A stretch of DNA of 53,716 nucleotides, the filler included, from Bipalium vagum (Eukaryota), in assembly GCA_037834085.1 (NCBI GenBank). It is 3 parts of 3 records of this genome, joined end to end, with 100 filler letters (N's around TTAATTAATTAA, not from the genome) between each part and the next. Parts side by side here need not be neighbours in the genome. Positions count along the whole stretch, not along the records: positions 36,956 to 53,716 come from JBBMKC010095337.1; 2 more parts are not named here. One strand, given 5' to 3'. Position 1 is the first letter of the stretch, and every line of letters begins with the position of its first letter. Below the pieces are notes generated by a model that had not been told where the DNA came from, ran no database searches, and saw only the letters and a list, made by a program, of their open reading frames with translations. Positions 49,747 to 53,716 of this stretch are shown here, piece by piece. Both the position numbers and the translations under genes were made by a program.

Positions 49747-52700
49747 ACCCACTATGAAGCCATCATGTCACAGCATAATAAGTCCAATGTTCACATCAAT
49801 GTCACAAATACTGATGAAGCTCATTTGCAAAAGGTAACTATTATTGGTTTTTTGTAGACTTTATCAAGGTCAAACTTAGCAATTATGGAGAGATTTATTC
49901 TTATATCCGAATTGACTAACAACGCTGATGTTAAATAATTTGTTTTATTTTTAATTTCTTTTTACTTTTTTTATGAAGTTGTAACAGTTCAGTAAAATTA
50001 AAGAATAATAAAAATTGATAATAATAACATATTAATCGACAGTATCATTTTTGATACAGTATTAAGATCAATAAGAAATAATACAAACGTTTTAATTTTA
50101 TTTAAAATTTCTAAAATTTATAAATCACAAATTTGTTCAAAAATGTTATCTAATTTTATTGAAAAAGAAGATTTTGATTATTTATTTAATTTCCTATGAA
50201 TAAAAAATATAATTATTTTTTTATAAATTTGGAAACTAATAAAACCTTACCAAGTGCATTTTAAAATATTTTTATTCTGAAATTTTTCAATTTTTTCCTA
50301 AATAACAGCAAAACAAAATTTAGACAAGAATTACTATCATCAAGATTTAACAAAAAATTGATAATAAATTCCAATAATAAGCGATTAGAAACATTTGATA
50401 TAAATAAATAAATTATTATTAATACATTATTATTGATTAATATTTTTAAAAAATTAAAATATATTTAATTACCTATTAAATAATTTTAATTAATATTTAT
50501 AATAATAAAATAATTTAAGTAACTTATAATAAATATTGAAGATATAAGTAAAAATGATAAATTCTTTCATTTTAAATGCTATATAAATTATTACACGTAT
50601 ATTAATAATAAAGAATTTTAATTAAATCAATAAATAAATAATTAAATTTATAATTAAATTAAATCAATAAATTAAGAATCCTATATAATCATTTTTATTT
50701 GCATTTTGAAAAATATCTTTATATTCCTTTTTATTCAGGAATCTCTCTCAACACCATCTTTCAAGGTAATCATTTTTATCATAAAATAAAAAGACATGTT
50801 TTACTAAATGAATTATATTTCAATGTTCCTTTTTTTGAAAAAAAATTATATTTTTATTTACTGACAAAAAAATTCTTTACGATTTTTTTCCAGACGTTAA
50901 TACATATCAAAGAGTAAATAAAATTTATTATATTATTTTCTATACAAGATTTTAAAGTAAGTGAAAATCATTATTATGAAATTATAATAATAATAATAAA
51001 TAATAAAAATAAATAATAATAATAATAAATTAGGATAGTTTGTAATCATCAAGCCCCTTATATTCTCAAGTCTTATGTTCTTATATAATAATATGTTCTT
51101 TGAAGAAATCTCGTGTAAAACTAATTGAGGATAAATAATAATATATCTTTATGATTAAGTTATAAGTTCAAAATTTTTGAAAATAATATTTTTTTAATTT
51201 TATAAAAATTTTTCATTTCTGCTTCATTATATTGTCAATAAATCTTTATCAATGGTATCTTTTTCTGAAGTTCCGATTTTATCAAGATCATAAATGTAAT
51301 CAATGCGAACCGGCGAAAAAATTAGAGACCCGTTTTCTTGATTTTAATATCACTTTCTAAAAATACAGTAGTGCGCCTAATCTGAACTCCTCGGGACAAT
51401 AAAAAAACATCCAGATTAGATAAATTTGATTTTAAAAATGAAAAAATCCAAAATTTGAATTAATTTTTATTAATAAATGACAGCATTGATGCTTGTCTGA
51501 TCTTCTTTATTGATTTTGTTCTACATCATTTGTCAAATCCAAGACATAAATTTAATTTAAATCATTTTTAAATTGTAATTATTTTTGAATGATGTTTAAA
51601 GCCACTAAAGCTTCGTTGTTTGTTGGCTTCTCAACTACCTGATCTAAGAGTAACATTGATATTAAGAAATCTGATACTAAAGGATTGTCTAAAAATTCGT
51701 GACTCACTTTGTTTAGTCTATGAAAAGTTTATTTATCTATCTGCAAAACAAAATTCAATCAGTGTTAGCCCTAATGTCTTCATTGATCTATCTCCACCTT
51801 TTGGTGAATTTAAAATTCCTTGATCATTGAAGTATTTGTCTTTGTTATCGAAAAAATGAATTATGTTCTGTTTTAAAGCCTTATCTAAAATGAACCGTAT
51901 ACCGGATGTGAAATTTTGAAGTGAGAGAAATGAATATGTCTGACAAAACAAGGTCATGTGAGTAGGATGGGTGTGGTAGTACGTCCCATTCAAATTGCAA
52001 TATTTTGGCCTTTCATTTTCATGATGAAACAACTCTTTTTAGGTTAATGAATTCTTGGTTTTCCTGAATGATAATGATTTCGAACTGTTTAATTTCCGAC
52101 AATTATTATATTCCTTCAAATGATCTAAAAATTGACGAAAACTTTGTAATCCTCCCAATCGGAGAGCGTAATCTTTCTCTGTCTGATTTCGATATCGTTT
52201 GAAACGAATCGATAGGTCTGGACATAGATTTTGTGCGCCTAACTTAAAGAAAGCAACTTAACTTTTTGCAAGCTTGAGGCGCATTTTCCTTCTGGCAAAA
52301 TAAAGTAATAAGCGTGTATAAAATGCCTTTTTTATCTTCAATTTCAAACTGTTGTTCAATCTGTGAAAATGAAAACAAATCATAACACAACTTTTACCAA
52401 TCAATAAATATATAACCGCTGATGATATATCAATAATAATAAATCAATAAAACGATTACAAATAAATATAGAAGTTCAAAAGATAAACTAATTCTATCTG
52501 TTGTGAAAACGCGTCACGACTTTTCCATCAACCTAATATTGTAGGAGAGTGTATAATCTTTAAAGGAATGAAGAGAAAAGAAAAGATTTTAAAAAAGTCT
52601 AATTAAAAATAATTTTTAAAAATTAAATCATTTAGGAGGAAGGTGCTGAAAATTCTGCAAATACAAATTCAGCTTGTCACCAGAGTGGTTCATCCTCCAT

Positions 52701-53043
52701 TTCAGATAATGAAAGTGACGCTGATTGTTCCGAATTATCAACGAAAACATTTTCATCTAGCTCATGGATGGACTTCGAAATCACTTTAAACTCGTGTATC
52801 ATAGCAGACCCCTTCATTAATTATTTCGATTTTGCTGACACTCACGATGGTCAGTCTCAAAAGTCCTCGTATCGATACAGCTTACAAAGCAATACCGATA
52901 AATTTGGACGGCGGAAACACGATTCCGTACAAAGCTTTAGTGGGGATGTCTTACCATTAAAAATGGACCTGTCTCTGAATCTGAAGCGAAGATCTTCATT
53001 AGGTAACAAAAATTCTATTCTCACCTCAAGAGAAAATGACTGA
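49747..53043 (+). CDS. 3' exons of an unidentified protein with a Ser-rich terminal exon
   Basis: Phase-0 GT-AG exons 49747-49833 (THYEAIMSQHNKSNVHINVTNTDEAHLQK), 50739-50765 (ESLSTPSFK) and 52636-53043 (EEGAENSANTNSACHQSGSSSISDNESDADCSE...REND*) join in frame. Confidence 0.5.
51365..51830 (-). mobile_element. pogo/Tigger-like transposon 3' end
   Basis: TA|CAGTAGTGCGCCTAATCTGAAC TIR-like end with inner CCAGATTAGA, and a Tigger-like C-terminus (..KSIKKIRQASMLSFINK). Confidence 0.55.
51830..52538 (-). mobile_element. Decayed mariner
   Basis: ORF 51733-52032 (FHHENERP, LQNFTSGIRF...FFDNKDKYFNDQGI), HTH remnant at about 52200-52350, and TIR CGTCACGACTTTTCCATCAACCTAATA ending at 52538. Confidence 0.85.
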
Positions 53044-53225
53044 AAAAATAAATTGGCATAAAATTATCACATTTTATTATTTATCATACATCTCATAATT
53101 CTGTATAAATCCATTTGATAAATTTCAATATATTGATTATCAATTGTTGATGATTTTATTGAATAACAAAAATCGATTTGTCTCATTGTTCGAAATCAAA
53201 TTATCGGAACAAGTAATATTGTTCT

Positions 53226-53226
<1 letters not shown>

Positions 53227-53273
<47 letters not shown>
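53227..53273. repeat. (AAT)n microsatellite
   Basis: Perfect TAA repeats. Confidence 0.95.
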
Positions 53274-53276
<3 letters not shown>

Positions 53277-53549
53277 TAAATTGAAGCCTTTCTTTGGTTA
53301 AATCTTAACGGTAACCTGAACTGGAAGCTGATCAGACAACTAATATTAAAGCAAATATTCTCAGACCTGAAAATTATTTTTTTTCTAATTTTAAAAACAA
53401 GTTGAGTTTTAAAATCTTATATATAACGCTATATTTATTTATATAAAAAACGCTATATATATATATAATATATATATATGTGTGTATATGTATGTATGTT
53501 ATTTATGTAAGTTATTTATGTATGTAAGTTATTTAAAAATACCTGAAAT

Positions 53550-53716
53550 ATTGCAGGCTAATATCATATACGAATTTAAATATGATGAGTGTAATAGCAT
53601 ATACATAGGGGAGACACAACGTCAGATCAGAACACGTTTTAATGAATATTCATAATTAAGCAGAACGATTAAAGTTTTAGATCATTCTTTGAATGGTGTT
53701 GAAGCGAAAAGGTAAA
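53550..53716 (+). mobile_element. GIY-YIG endonuclease fragment of a Penelope-like retroelement
   Basis: NIIYEFKYDECNSIYIGETQRQIRTRFNEY matches the Penelope EN pattern VVY.F.C..C...YIGET.R.L..R..EH. Confidence 0.75.

Noticed and set aside
1-53716. Unistrand piRNA-cluster-like locus
   Set aside because: TE fragments occur on both strands (at least eight on +) and host exons are interspersed. This cannot be supported without small-RNA data.

Overview
Very AT-rich eukaryotic, most likely invertebrate animal, genomic DNA; this is not a prokaryotic locus. It is dominated by decayed transposons and has two 100-nt scaffold gaps containing an artificial TTAATTAATTAA linker. Transposon remnants: more than 15 Tc1/mariner-superfamily copies (mariner DD34D, maT/DD37D-like, Tc1/Tc3-like, pogo/Tigger), a hAT (Buster/Charlie type), several Ty3/Gypsy pieces, an R2/NeSL-type restriction-like endonuclease fragment and a Penelope-like GIY-YIG fragment. 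There is also a Polinton/Maverick (adintovirus-like) remnant with a PLA2-like segment fused to the integrase, collapsed pPolB and a major capsid protein, plus a second pPolB fragment. Host genes built by hand from splice sites: (i) an inverted pair of six-exon secreted F-type lectin + PAN/apple genes. Copy 1 (25608-26576, +) is intact and copy 2 (34080-35057, -) has a nonsense codon. They share a 186-bp perfectly identical tract over the sugar-binding motif but have a replacement-rich exon 2. (ii) The 3' part of a DH-PH RhoGEF (PLEKHG5/7-like), whose frame stays open only if introns of 24-42 nt are spliced. (iii) Unidentified exon blocks at 48.5-53 kb. Boundaries of decayed transposons are approximate. 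All family assignments come from motif recognition by eye, with no database search.
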